Source of the DNA: Eledone cirrhosa
Taxonomy: Eukaryota
Assembly (NCBI GenBank): GCA_964016885.1
Contig: OZ024740.1
Location: forward strand, 274,846,001 to 274,910,000
Direction: 5' to 3'
DNA length: 64,000 nt
The position numbers and the translations under genes are program-made. How positions within the stretch are numbered: the first letter of the stretch is position 1; the number at the start of each line of letters is the position of its first letter. The notes beneath the pieces are model-generated. The model was not told the origin of the DNA and did no database searches. It saw only the letters and a list, made by a program, of their open reading frames with translations. Positions 13,966 to 28,206 of this stretch are shown here, piece by piece.

Positions 13966-14361
13966 ATTTTCTGATTTGGTTGTTAGTGGCAGTAGTATTG
14001 GTAATGTTGGATGCTTGTTAGTCTTTATGTTGATAGAGGTGTTCATGTTTTTATTGTTGTTATTGTTGTTATTGTTGTTGTTGATGGTGGGATGGTGTAG
14101 CAGCAGTAGTGGTAGTGGCAGCAGCAGTGGTGATGGTGGTGATGGTGGTTTTGGTGATACAGGTAATGGCAATGTTGGTAGTGATTTTTGTTTAAATTTC
14201 AAAACATTCCTGACATACAAAAAATTTCTTATACTTGCTGGAAAGTATTTTCAACTTTTCCTCTTCATATATGACAAGGTGGACACTTGGGGAAAGAAAA
14301 CGTCCCTTGCTACCAACAAAAGACACACACACACACAAACACATCTGTATTGTATACATGC

Positions 14362-14447
<86 letters not shown>

Positions 14448-14468
14448 GCCACTATATATATATATATA

Positions 14469-14519
<51 letters not shown>

Positions 14520-14607
14520 GAGTGTATATATATGCATATACTTTTATATAAATATATATATATATGTATATATATGTGTGTGTGGGTGTGTATATGTGTG
14601 TGTAAGC

Positions 14608-14645
<38 letters not shown>

Positions 14646-14727
14646 TTGTTAGCTGGGAAAGCAGGCAATAAAACGACGATGATAATACATATAAGTACAT
14701 ACATATATATACAAAAATATACATGAA

Positions 14728-14811
<84 letters not shown>

Positions 14812-15081
14812 ATATTATATATATCATTATCATCATCATCTTCATCTTCATTCATTTTCATTTTTCCATTCACATATATACATGTGCACTGTACAAGCAT
14901 ATGTACAGAGTGAAATGTTTAGAGATCTGCAACGGTAATTCATTACTGCTCAATATAAAAGTTTGAAAGCATTGTGAAGTGATTCAAGTATGTAAGGTAA
15001 ATGGTTATATTTCATATATACATACATATATATATATATAGAGAGAGAGATTTATATGTATAAATATATGCATATATATAT

Positions 15082-15191
<110 letters not shown>

Positions 15192-15230
15192 TATATTTAC
15201 ATTTATATATATTCATATTTATATACATAG

Positions 15231-15312
<82 letters not shown>

Positions 15313-15888
15313 TCACATATGTATACATATATTCATGTGTATATGTATATATACATTTCCCTTTGCAGTTTTCTTAGACTTTCTCTCGATAAGATTGTCA
15401 GTTACTTGAATATGTTTTTCTTAATAAGACATTTCAAATCTTTCAATTATTTTGGTCTGTCGGGAGTTCCTCAATAAATGATAATCACTTGGAATCAATG
15501 GAATGCATGCAAGAATTATAGAAAGAAGTTGTTTGTGTTTTCATTTTTTTCTTAATTATTTGTTCACTGTTATTATTAATATTATTGTTATTATTATTGT
15601 TATCATTGTTATTGTTGTTGCTTTTGTTGATATTATTGTTGTTGTTGTTGTTGTTGTTATTATTATTATTATTATTATCATTATTGCTATCATTATTGCT
15701 GTTGTTATTATTATCAGTATTTTTATGAAATATAGATTATAAAACCTGGGGTTTTTTTTTTTTTATAATCAGTGAAAATTGAAGGTTAATACAGTGCAAT
15801 ATCAGAAGTGATATTATATGTTGCAAACTTGCTGAACCAAAGTATAGTGAGTGTTGAGTTGTGAGAAGAAGAATACTAATGATAATGA

Positions 15889-16415
<527 letters not shown>

Positions 16416-16429
16416 CGAGTTTGCACCTG

Positions 16430-19248
16430 TCCCCTGCTCTCAGTGGCCAGGTTTCGCAGCCGCATAGCAGGATTGTTCGGATAAGGGTTTGGTAGATCCA
16501 TATTTCGGTGGTCAGTTTAATTTCATGTCTGCTCCACAGCCAAGCCCCGTAAGCAAAATGTCACATTGGGTGGAGAGAGCCATGGAGGCTCAAATCCAAA
16601 AGGGTGCGTATGGGCGCGCAAAACCCACATCACCCGAGGCAAAAAGTACGCCACAGTAGACGTACTTTTCGCCACCCCCAAGAGGCGAAGTCTCCCTGTT
16701 TGGAAACCCTGAAGATTGAGGAGATAGTCTTGGTGCCCTCCTACTGCGGGCAGAAAATTGTGAAGGTCAAAGCGACCCAGGTCCCGCCCGACGTGCCCAT
16801 ACCTTGGCTGGCCGCGTCTGTACTTGCTGGAATCGCGGAGAAGACCACCATACTGCAAATAGAGAGAATGGGAAGAGAGAACTGGTTAGGAATAGGCATG
16901 CAAATGCTAATACTAACTGACCAGAAGTGCATCGAGGCCATCACAGATATCATAGACCTCGAGGAAGGGCTCCAACTCCCTATAAGCGTGGAAGGAAGGC
17001 GCCCAAAGTGCTATCTCTGTGGTCAGAAGGGTCACCCCAGGGCCTTCTGCCCGCAGAAGACAGCCAAGAAGAAGGCCCCCTCCTTCCGACGCCTGATCCG
17101 CTGCTACCAAGAGCAGGGCAGGCAACAGAGGCAGAAGACCCTTCCATGGTGAGTAGGAGAGCAACGTCGGTGGCACCCATACCAAGGCCACGGACAACTA
17201 AAGCAGCGGCAGCAGTGGCGGCAACACCAACAGTCGCAGTAGTTACACCGGCAGCAAAATCGCCGGAGCGGGCTCCACTAACACCACCAACAGCAGTGGA
17301 GCTCACACCCCTCCCAGACGCCACGGAATCCGACATGGAGTATGAGGCGTGGGGGGGGGGGCAAACGGTTTACCACAAAAAAACAAAAAAACAAAAAACC
17401 CTTAGCTTCACCCTCCAAAAGCGAAGGCAAACAAAGAGGAGTAAAGGCTGCAAGGAGACTTGCAGCAGCACCACCATCACCACCAGAAGCATCACCACCA
17501 ACAACAACCACACCCCTACCAGCCTCACCAAAAACACCAACATCGCAAACACAAGAAAGCACACACCCAACAGCAACAAGAAGAAAACACCAACAAAACC
17601 ACCGCTCCCCCCAAAAAGTACACAGCCATAAACATGGCAAATAAAGAACTCTTACAACATATAAAGCAGTACACAGACATCACAGACAAAAACTACTACA
17701 CCCCACCAGCACCAAGAACTCTGCCGAAAAATATAAACATTATTGAAATTAAAATAGAATATTATAAACTTTTAAAAGAAAAATTCCCCAACACAGTTGG
17801 AGACTTCAGAGGGTCGGTTATCAAGAGGATATACACCGACATCCTCTTGAAAACATCCATGACCAGCCAAAGGGACGGTTCTACTGTCCCTTCACCACAC
17901 GATCAAGATAAGTGATCCTTTCTCACTTACCGCGTTTCTCAACCAACATGGCCGTACTTAGAATAGGCAGTATAAATATACGTGGCCTGGGGTCATCTTG
18001 GAAGCAGGGTCACCTGCTCAACGACCTCAGGTCACTAAACATAGATGTGGTGGCCATCAGCGAGACCAGAATCTCCGAAGCACGAGCCTTCTCACCGATC
18101 TTCGGCAGCTACGATGTATACGCATCTCCCAGCCGTGTAGGATCGGGGGGGGGGGGGAGTTGCTGTGCTTTTTCGGAAAGGCTTGGATCTCGCCATACGG
18201 GCCATCTTCCTGGACCCAGAAGGTAAGTCGGTGGTGTTCGACGTGACCGGCAGCGAAGGCGTCGCACGCGAACTAGGATGCGGGAAATCCGAGTCGGCTT
18301 TCGCCGACGACTACACCGTGGTGGTGTCGAGCACCAGACACGTCCAGATGCTCGGCACCGCTCTCAAGGAATACGAAGCGGTGACAGGAGCAAAGATAAA
18401 CCAGGAAAAGTCGGAGAACTTTCAGCCCAGGGCCTATGGATAACTTCCAAAATTCCCTGGCCTGGTAGTGCTACCGGAGAGCGTTGCCGGTTCGAGATAA
18501 GCTCTAAAGGCACGGAAGTGCCGTCAGCCGAGCCCGTCCGAGATACGCGCAGAACGAAACCGTGTGCACGCACTCGTTCAGTGCCCGAGCATTGCTGACT
18601 TATGGAGCTATGTCTAACAGTTTCTGTCGTGTGTAGGACTGATCCGATTATCGACTGAGTCCATTGTGCAGATGGTCTCGCCGTCTTCCTTCGAGGAAGA
18701 AGGGCAGGCGGTTTTCATCTGCCTGGTGGCCATGGCGAAAGAGATTGTGTGGTGGACAATGTTGAAAGGGTTAAAGACAGACACTTTCATCTTCGGCGAA
18801 TCCCTAATTAACTTTTTCAAGTTTCACTTGAAGAGGAAAATCAGGGTGGAGAGGCAAGTGGTGCCTTCTAGCAAGTTTGTTGAAAGGTGGGTGAATGTAG
18901 CGAGAATGGTCCGAGTGAACGGGACCGCTCTGAATATACGCCTGTAGTTTGAGAAATGGAAATATTGACAGAGGGCGCTTGCCCTGGTAGTCAGGTTGGC
19001 CGTGGTCTTTTGTGTGGTTTTCGCCACGAGTAACCCTCGGAGGTTTCCCCCCTATTGGGGAATTTTTCATTTTTCAATTTTCATTTTTATTGTTTATATA
19101 TATATGTTTCTATGTCTTTTTCTTTTTCTTTTCTTGTATAAATAATACAATTCTTTACACGCACAAAACCCACATCGTACCGTCATGTACCGTCCTGTGT
19201 CGTCAATAATGTTTTTCTTGATGTCAGCCCTTGTGGCCAATAAAGAAA

Positions 19249-19250
<2 letters not shown>
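16430..19250 (+). mobile_element. Tx1/L1-clade LINE, internally deleted (ORF1 plus remnants of endonuclease, RT and C-terminal region)
   Basis: ORF1 zinc knuckle CYLCGQKGHPRAFC; APE endonuclease start IGSINIRGL...DVVAISET; RT motif FADD near 18300; 3' AATAAAG followed by (ATT)n. Confidence 0.9.
16604..17915 (+). pseudogene. Tx1 ORF1 (gag-like, CCHC knuckle), frameshifted
   Basis: Homologous to 50250-51584; CX2CX4HX4C motif followed by a Pro/Thr/Ala-rich linker. Confidence 0.8.
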
Positions 19251-19293
<43 letters not shown>

Positions 19294-19295
<2 letters not shown>

Positions 19296-21256
19296 CTCAT
19301 GCGATACATCGTGGAGAGGGTAACTAGGAAACCTGGCACAGTCCAAAGCTTTCGATAGGGTCGACCATCGTTACCTGGCGGCAGTCCTGAGGGCGGCTGG
19401 CTTTGGGCCCGTCTTCAGAGGCTGGATCGCTGCCATGCACAGCGACATCTGCTCTGTGGTGAGAGTGAACGGTTACCTTTCGGAACCGATCAAACATCAT
19501 GTGCTCGGTCCGCCAAGGATGTCCCCTCTCGTCCCTCTTGTACGTATTGACTCTCGAGCCATTACTGCACAAACTGGAGACGTTGAAGAGCGTCCCGCAC
19601 GAACTAGGATGCGGAAGATCCGTGTCAGCATATGCGGCCGATGTCACCGTAGTGGTGTCGAACGCCAAACACATCGAGGCGATCGGCACTACACTAAGAG
19701 AATACGAAGCGGCGACAGGAGCAATGATCAACCAGGAAAAGTCAGTGGGCCTGCAGCTCGGCACCTGGAGAGGCAGGTCCATGTCGTCCAACAGCGTCGT
19801 CGGGCGCTGGACAGACGGACCGGTTAAATTGCTGGGGGTCTGGTTCGGTCTGGACCTCCAGACGGACAAAAACTGGGACGAGGTGACGAGCAGGGTGGCT
19901 TCTCTCACCCAGAAATGGGCGGAGAGGAAGCTATCCCTGAAAGGTCGAGCGGAGGTGGCTAACGCGCACATCACGTCCGTCATCTACTACCGCCTGACCG
20001 TCGTACCTTGTCCTAAGCCCCGCCTGACTGCGCTGGAGCGTTTGCTCTTTCGCTTTTTGTGGAAGGGACGCGCTCCGATGATCAGGCGGTTCATCTGCTG
20101 TCAACACCCTACGTGGAGGGCTGGGCTGCCGTGGCTGATGATGCGCAGACACGCGCTCAGGCTACTACATCTCCACCTCTTCCTCGACGGTGATCAGGTG
20201 TGGTCGCCGTTTGCTAGACGCGTCTTTCCCCAGCTTGTCTCCTTGATGGAGCTGCAGTCCTGGGTCAAGCGAAGACCGAGAGGGAGCGCTTGGGGACTGA
20301 AATGTCTTCAGGTGTTCACAGCCCTCGACCAATCGGGCAATGTGATCGGTGGAAACTCTACCTTGGCCTTCTATAGAGGATTAGTGGAGGGGAAGAGCGA
20401 CGACGTACTTGAGGAAAATATAGGCGTCGATGAAAATCAACTAGCCAATCTCTTCGGAAGAACTTTCGGGCCGGGGCCTATGGACAACTTCCAGAAATCC
20501 CTGGCCTGGCAGTGCTACCGAGGAGCTTTGCCAGTTCGGGATAAACTCTACAGGCATGGAGGTGCCGTCAGCCGGGCATGTCCGAGATGCGCGCAGGGCG
20601 ACGAAACCGTCCTGCATGCACTCATCCAGTCGTCCAGTGTCCGAGCATTGCTGACTTGTGGGTTTATGTCGAACACCTGCTGTGGCGTGTAGGACGGATC
20701 CGGCTATCAGCTGAGTCCATCGTGAGGATTGCCCCGCCCTCTTCCTTTAGCCGGGAAGGGCAGGCAGTTTTTATCTGTCTGGTGGCCATGGCGAAAGAGA
20801 TAGTATGGTGGACACGTTTGAAAGGGCTGAAGACGAGCACTTACCTCTTCGGTGATGCCCAGATTAACTTTTTCAAATTTCATTTGAAAATGAAAATCAG
20901 GGTAGAGAGGGAAGTTCTCTCTTCCCAGCATTTTGTTGAAAGATGGGTGAGAGAAGCAAGAATGGCCCGATTGAATGGGCCTACTCTGAGTATGTGTCTG
21001 TAAATTAAATGTGGAAAACTGGGAGAGGGCACTTGCCCTGGTGGTCAGGGTCACTGTGGCTTTTTAATGGGCTTTCTCCACGAAATTCCCTCGGAAGTCT
21101 CCCTCCTATTTTTGAATTTTTTCATTGTTCTATTATTACATCCTCTGTTTCTTGTTTTTATTTACACGCAGAAATGCCCTTTTGTACCGTCCTGTATTGT
21201 CCTGTACTGTCCTTAATGTCTACTTTGTGTAAACCCTTGTGGTTAATAAAGAAAGC
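19294..21256 (+). mobile_element. 5'-truncated Tx1/L1-clade LINE (RT plus C-terminal Cys-rich region)
   Basis: KAFDRVDH, SVRQGCPLS.LLY.L.LEPL, AYAADV (degenerate YADD), CPRC....ET..H; (ATT)n on both flanks. Confidence 0.92.
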
Positions 21257-21900
21257 ATTATTATTAGTATTATTATTATCATTATTATAAGGAAATAAAC
21301 TATTGTTATTGTTTGTTTTCCTTTGTTTTGTTTTTTAAATAACAGTTTATCAACCTATCCCATAAATCTAGTTAGGCAAAGAGAAAAATACACACACACT
21401 TGCCCACTCTCACACACACACATACATACATACATACACACAGGTAAAACCAAAATCAAAACTAAACCTAACAATAACAATGTTTTTACATATTCCCATT
21501 GTGGTTTACTATCTTGTTCTAATTCATGAAATCATTTGCTTGAACAGAAGCAAATGGGCTAACACTGATCGACGACTCGTCCATGTTTATAAGATCGAGC
21601 ATCTATTGAAGCTGATTCATTGAACAAGCTACTCTTCCCAACATCAAGCCACCAGCATTACTGCAACCAACACCAATACAACCACCACTACAACGACCAC
21701 ATATATTCTATTATAAAGCAGAGGAGCCTAAAGTTAATAAACTTTATATAATAGATTTCTTATTGACCTCAGTTAAGAGATTGCTAGTCTGTTCCTCACA
21801 CACTCATTAGATCTGAGCAGCCATCTGTTTATATCTGTATGTGTATGTGTGCATGTATGAAGAGACAGACATGGTGCTTCTTCATATATATATATATATA

Positions 21901-21999
21901 CAGGATGTCCCAAAATAATGTATACATACTTTGATTACTTGTACAAGCAATATTTATTAGAATGCTGCTGAAGTGTATATACATTTTTGGGACATCCTG
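21901..21999. mobile_element. ~100-bp Tc1/mariner-type MITE
   Basis: TIRs CAGGATGTCCCAAAA...TTTTGGGACATCCTG with TA flanks; relatives at 27823-27922 and 63560-63654. Confidence 0.8.
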
Positions 22000-22347
22000 T
22001 ATGTATATATATATATATATATATATATGAAGGGAGAGGAGAGAAAATGGGGGAGAGAGAGAAAAAGAGATACAAGCTTTTATGAGTGCATATACTTATC
22101 CATATATTTGTTAAACTATCTATCCCTTTTATTCTCAATCTCTCAGCATCTGACTACTTTTTCTATGATCTTGTCTTAATAGTAACCAATCTATGCCCCA
22201 GTCTGACTTGGCACCACTGACTTGGCACCACTTTTGTGCTCCTTCCTTCCTCTATCTCCTTTAGGTACTTCTTATGTTCCTTTCCTTCATCATGCCAAAC
22301 TGATCCATTTTTCTGCAACTATTTTTTTCAATTTCTCTCCATCTATA

Positions 22348-22443
<96 letters not shown>

Positions 22444-22520
22444 TCTCTCTCTCTCTCTCTTGCTTGCTTGAATTTTATTTCTCTATCACACTCACAGATT
22501 GTCTCCACATACACACACAT

Positions 22521-22692
<172 letters not shown>

Positions 22693-23048
22693 CGTGTGTG
22701 TGTGTGAATGTATGTATGTATTCCTATTCACAGATACACATGCGCACATTTATAAACAATAATCTGACTCTATTCTACTCATTGATTCTTTCATAAATGA
22801 CCACAACACTGGTCGGAAGCAATCAATGACAGTGACCAATCATTGAATCAGCTAACTAGCCAGTCAACCTGCCTCAGACACATGGTACACTCTCCCCCAC
22901 TCTACACATACACATTGTTCATTTAATTTTCATGTCCCGTTCCCTTTCCAGACGTCTACAACTACAAATAACTCTTCTTCACTAACCCTTATCTGTTTTT
23001 TGTCCCTTTCTCCCTTTATAATATGCAAGTATGTTATACACACACTAA

Positions 23049-23576
23049 TCTCTCTATATATAAATTATTTGTCTCTCTCTCTCTCTGTCTATCTTTTCCT
23101 TATGCATTCTCAAACGGCTCGACCAAGTCAAATCAAATTTTACAAGGTAAATAGTATTAGACCGCGGGATTAACAACATGTAATTTTTAGTTTCATTTGG
23201 ATTAAAACAATATAAAAGTTTATCTAAAATAATCTTTCTATAGTAAACTATAAGTAAACGTCATTTTATAACACGACGATGACGACGTCATATTTTGAAT
23301 GAGTGTATATGTATCTGTGAGTGTGTGTGTGTGTGTGTGTGTTTGCGCGTTCGTTATGTACGCTAGGCCTTAGAAAGTTGCATACACATTATCTTCACCT
23401 AAATATTTAATCAGATACACAGAGAATTAAACACACACATACACACACACATCTACACAAACATATACATATGTGTGTGAGTATATATATATTTCTGTGA
23501 CAACTGACGTAGCGAACACACACACACACACACACACACACATCTAGAGACTGAGAGAATTAAAGTGTTAGATATT

Positions 23577-23630
<54 letters not shown>

Positions 23631-24403
23631 CGACACACAAAAGTCTAGAATCGGCTTAAACAGATCAAAGTATCAGTTGAATGTTTAACAATATTGCGTT
23701 AACTTTTATAAAGTCGTTTTACACCAGTCTTTGATTTTGCAGAACACAGAAAAAATTGATACTATTTGAAATTAATCTATGGCGTATATTAATTTAGCTT
23801 TTTGAGTATAGTGTCATTATTATTGACCTAATTGAGAATATGAGACGGGAAACAGAAAGGTTAAGACTACAAGAAAGAAGATCGCAACTTACAGAAAGTG
23901 TACAGAACCTGAGACCGGAAACAGAAAGATTAAGACAAGAAGAAAGACTATCGCAATAAACAGTGGTTTAATATGAAAATCACCGAGAGGTAATGACAGT
24001 CTCAAAGCAAACTCGACGAGCACAAACGACTCTTCAAGGCAGAATAAACTAGTTAAGAGCTGCGTTTTCATATGATCCATCGAAGAATTATAGAAATGAT
24101 CCTAAAGTCGAAATTGGTAGCATGGATATTACACTTGGCATGTGTTGCTTAGGAGGAAAGGTCAGACTTCCACTGACAGAGGACCCTCCAGATTTTATCC
24201 ATATTCTGCTTACAGACCATACTAACGAATCTAAACACTTCAGAAGCAATGTTATGCAGTATATTGCTGCGTTTCAGATGACGTCCTTTGGAGCTGAAAA
24301 AGATCATACTGACTATGGTTATTTCACATTTAAAATCCAAGACCAATGCTACCATTTAATCGGCAGTTTACTCCCTCAGCCTATTAAGGAAGTTTTATTA
24401 TTG

Positions 24404-24494
<91 letters not shown>

Positions 24495-24604
24495 TACGGT
24501 CTTACCTAATGCTGTAACCCAGACTACACATCCAATACAGTAGTTTTCTCTTTTATCCGTCTTCTCTTAACTGTTTTCCGGGTGATGCCAGGTACTTCAG
24601 CTAA
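23049..24604 (+). mobile_element. Non-autonomous Helitron with N-terminal RepHel remnant
   Basis: 5' A|TC..TATATATAAA; CC.GGKV.LP....PP...HF..N...Y..AFQMTSFGA...F.FKIQ.Q.YH.IGSLLP at 24122-24385; 3' hairpin CCGGG-TGATG-CCAGG then CTAA|T (CTRR). Confidence 0.82.
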
Positions 24605-24829
24605 TATATATATATATACATAATTTATATTCAAACACGGAACAATAGCGCTACCTAATGTTTCAATGCCCATTTTTTACCATATCATCAGATTGTAACA
24701 AGAATCAAATTTATGATCTAGTCTTCAGGCACTTGGATGAGTTTGAAGATACCGTTAAAAATGTACGGTGTTAAACGCTTCATTAGGAAAACGTAGTATT
24801 ACATAGGGAAATAACTCAACGATGTAAAT

Positions 24830-25290
24830 TCAAGATGGCATAGTAGGTGTACTCCCGTTAGTGTATGGGCAATATAGCAGATGTATGGTTATTTTGTGAT
24901 GGTATGTAATAGGGCAATGGTAATATTTATATAGCTCAGGAGTTGCGTAGTATAAAAGGTGTACCATATTATGTAAGTGTAGAAAATGAAAAGATATTAA
25001 GAAAGTATATAAATCAATATTAACCTGGTGGAAAATCAGATAAGTGTGTTGAATGTTTCCACTTAGGAATGAGTTGGCCTCTGAGTTGGAGACATCCTTT
25101 AAACCTTGTAATATTCTAAATTTCCCACTGAGGCAGAGACAACATCTCTTGGTACAATTGACATATGGTATTGACTTTTTAAGTACCTTCCAAGCAATCT
25201 TATGTAGGACACCTTTCTCTTTTAATTGCCAGACTCTTTTTGCTAGAGCTGTGCTGGTTCTCATATCAAGATACCTGATATATTTATCTA
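24830..25290 (-). pseudogene. Penelope-like GIY-YIG endonuclease C-terminal fragment
   Basis: T.LAK.VW.LK....I.W.VL....Y....KRC.LC..K..IL, homologous to 32440-32600. Confidence 0.75.
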
Positions 25291-25349
25291 ATTATTCCGT
25301 CACAGAGAGAGAGACGCACACAAACATTCACAGACACATACACAGAGAC

Positions 25350-25930
25350 ACACACACGCGTACGGACTGCATTCTTCTATTCCTACCCTCTTTCTAATTG
25401 AAACGCCCAATCTTCTACAACATCGAATTTCTCTACACTAACGCCATAAACCATCTGATTTTTACCACACCACTCACTCCTTCAAAATAGATTCGAATAT
25501 TTTAATTAGAAGCTCCTCACTGTACTGCCACACACACAACCAGGTACTACATATGTTACACATACTCTAATCCCACCAATGCTATAAAACTCTCCGGCTT
25601 AAAATCCCATTTTAAAATTACTCAAAACGTCAACTGCACCTTCACCACCATAATTCACTATACCACATGTACATTTTGCACTGCACTCGTTGATGGTGAA
25701 GCAGAACGTATCTTAAATGGTCGCATTCTTCAAGTTCATCTGTGGCCTGCCATTTCAACATCTGGACACTCCTTTAACCACATCTTGGAATTCAACATGT
25801 TTACCCACCAAAGGATATCAACACAAAAAAAATCGACAAAGAACAAAACGTAATATTCGAACGTGAAACTTCCTCTCACTTAGGCTTATTTGAGCCGTTC
25901 AACTTCTCTTTCTGATCCAACTACACTTAC
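25350..25930 (+). pseudogene. Highly degraded Penelope-like GIY-YIG region
   Basis: Broken coding resembling F.I.Q.VNCT...I.Y..C..C....GE..R.L..R at 25605-25725. Confidence 0.45.
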
Positions 25931-26044
25931 TTTTATGCATATGTGTTATGCAGAATTGCTTTATTTAAATGCTTTTACCTTCAGTGTTAATTTATTTCTT
26001 TTATTCTTAATATTCTTGTGACGCTAAACTCCTCCAGATGTAGA

Positions 26045-26480
26045 CTGCACATCAACATGAGATAATTTTCTCCACAAAGTTTGATCACCAACAGCAGAGT
26101 TCAAAGAGCAAAGATCAAGTCCAGTCCATAGGTTGACATTATCAAGCCATCGTTTTGGCTGCCGGCCTCTGCTTCTCTTACCAGAACCTTCCGTCCAGGC
26201 ATAACCTACTCACACCACGAGTTGATCTTTTTATATGACCGTATCGTTTGAGTATCTTGACTTGACAATTGATGTAATTGGTCTAGGTCTGGTAATGTTG
26301 AGCAGCTCACTGATACAGATACGGTCGCTGAGCTGCTTGCCAGTCATAAGTCTCATGATGTGGTTCTGGAATGTAGAGAGCTTCTGAAGTGACCTTGTCG
26401 TCCAATTAACACAGTCAAGACAATATAACACAACTGGTAGAATGTAAGTATCAAAGATCTTAACCTTCAAATGATAGGAA
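26045..26480 (-). pseudogene. RTE-clade RT 3' fragment
   Basis: K.KIF.TYILPV.LY....W.....KL..FQ...MR; GKRSRGRQPKRW.DN-like coding downstream. Confidence 0.75.
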
Positions 26481-26906
26481 ACTCGTTTTAATATTATTGT
26501 GCAAATATATCAGCAAGTGAAAATATGCGAACTAGTGTCATAGCTTCCATTACTCATGTGCATGTGTGCCCTCCTTCTATATATATGTCTTGAAACTGTA
26601 TATTTGTCCAAAATAGACAGCTGATGATCGGACCTCCTCGTTCTGTTGTTTTCGTTCATATATCCTCTTTGTTCATTACACTGTCCTTTTTATATTTGCC
26701 TGCATGTTTTACTCTCTACGTAGTATTTCCTGCACACACACACACTCTCATATACATGCAAGATATCAATTTAATTACTGAGATGACTGCCTGTCACACA
26801 CACACACATATATATTTATATACTAATATATGTAGAGGTTATATTTAATTTGTTGGGATACAACAAGCAAATTATTATAAAGCACTCAACAAATTATTGG
26901 AGTAAA

Positions 26907-27183
26907 TATACAATATATTAACAAATGGAAACTATATTTATAAAACCATATTTATTTCATTATACATATTTCAAGGGCCACCAGAGCAAACTATGGTGCA
27001 CTTTCATCAGAAATCATCTCTATCATTCAAAGCATTAAATTTAAAAAAAAAACTTCATAGGCCAGGATTATATTTTATCTGATGAAAGCGCACCATAGTT
27101 TGCTCTGGTGGCCCTTGAAATATGTATAATGAAATAAATATGGTTTTATAAATATAGTTTCCATTTGTTAATATATTATATAC
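26907..27183. repeat. ~100-bp inverted repeat (fold-back) carrying hammerhead family B
   Basis: 26912-27011 is the near-perfect reverse complement of 27078-27177. Confidence 0.92.
27071..27136 (+). ncRNA. Type-I hammerhead ribozyme, family B
   Basis: Stem I TATTTTAT/ATGAAATA, CTGATGA at 27079-85, stem II AAG..CACCA/TGGTG..CTT, GAAA at 27117-20, minimal stem III, AUA triplet (predicted cut after 27128). Confidence 0.8.
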
Positions 27184-27822
27184 TAATATATATGTGTGTG
27201 TGTGTATGTGCGTGTGTGTGCCTGTGTGCGTGCGTGTGTGTGTGACTGTATGTAATATATATATTTATGCATATTTGTTCATGTATTGATACATTAATTA
27301 TGATTTGTGTACACACGCACAAAAACTCTGTATACATATATACATACACACTTAGATATTCACATATCTATCTTGCTATTGATCAATATATGCTGTTAAT
27401 CTGTATTGTTATATGTATATAGGTACAGTGCTCTGTCTTTTATTAAATGTAATCTTTTCATTATCTTCCAAAGGTTGCCTGCTCTATGATGGATGGAATT
27501 CTTAAAGAAAATTTTATAATTGGATTTTTAGCAAATATGATCTGAAATTCAAGTAAAATGAAAAAAATGAAAAGCGCAGTAGTAGCAGCAACAGCAGTAT
27601 ATACTCTAACAACTACAGCAATAGAAACAACTATTTTTTAAATAAGAAGTGCAACATTTACTAACAGCTTTAGTTATTGTTTCTAAATTAGGCACCAGAC
27701 CAGAAACTTTGACGGAGGGAACAATCAAATACATCGACTTCACTCAGTGCTGAATTTACCTAGAAGTTAAATAAATTATAGTTAAGGGCCACACACCCTT
27801 GGGGGCAGCATGTTTTAAAATA

Positions 27823-27922
27823 CACGCTGTCTCTAAAAATGTATACACACTTCAACAGCATTCTAATAAATATTGACTCTAAAGGTAACCAAAGTATGTA
27901 TACATTTTTGGGGGACACCCTG
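27823..27922. mobile_element. ~100-bp MITE, same family as 21901
   Basis: Reverse-complement similarity to 21901-21999; TA flanks. Confidence 0.7.
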
Positions 27923-28039
27923 TATATTTTTATTTTCTCATTAGGTTTTGTTCTTTAACGCTTATTCATCAAACATTATATAAAAATATATCGTTTAATT
28001 TTGTAGTCATTTATAAATAGTGGTTTCTTATATAGAGGG

Positions 28040-28206
28040 TGGGGGAGAAGTCGATTAAATCGACCCAAGTGCGTGACTGGTACTTTATTTTATCGACCAC
28101 GTAAGGATGAAAGGCAAAGTTAACCTCGGCGGGATTTGAACTTAGATCATAACACTATGCTGCAAAGCATGTTGTTCGACTCTACCGATACTGCCAATCC
28201 ACCTCC
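28040..28206 (-). mobile_element. Main tRNA-derived SINE copy
   Basis: Family motif present. Confidence 0.8.

Noticed and set aside
22790-22835. ATGA-CCA..TGG-TCGGAAG hammerhead relic; similar weak case at 24735-24790
   Set aside because: Too many core mismatches to support.
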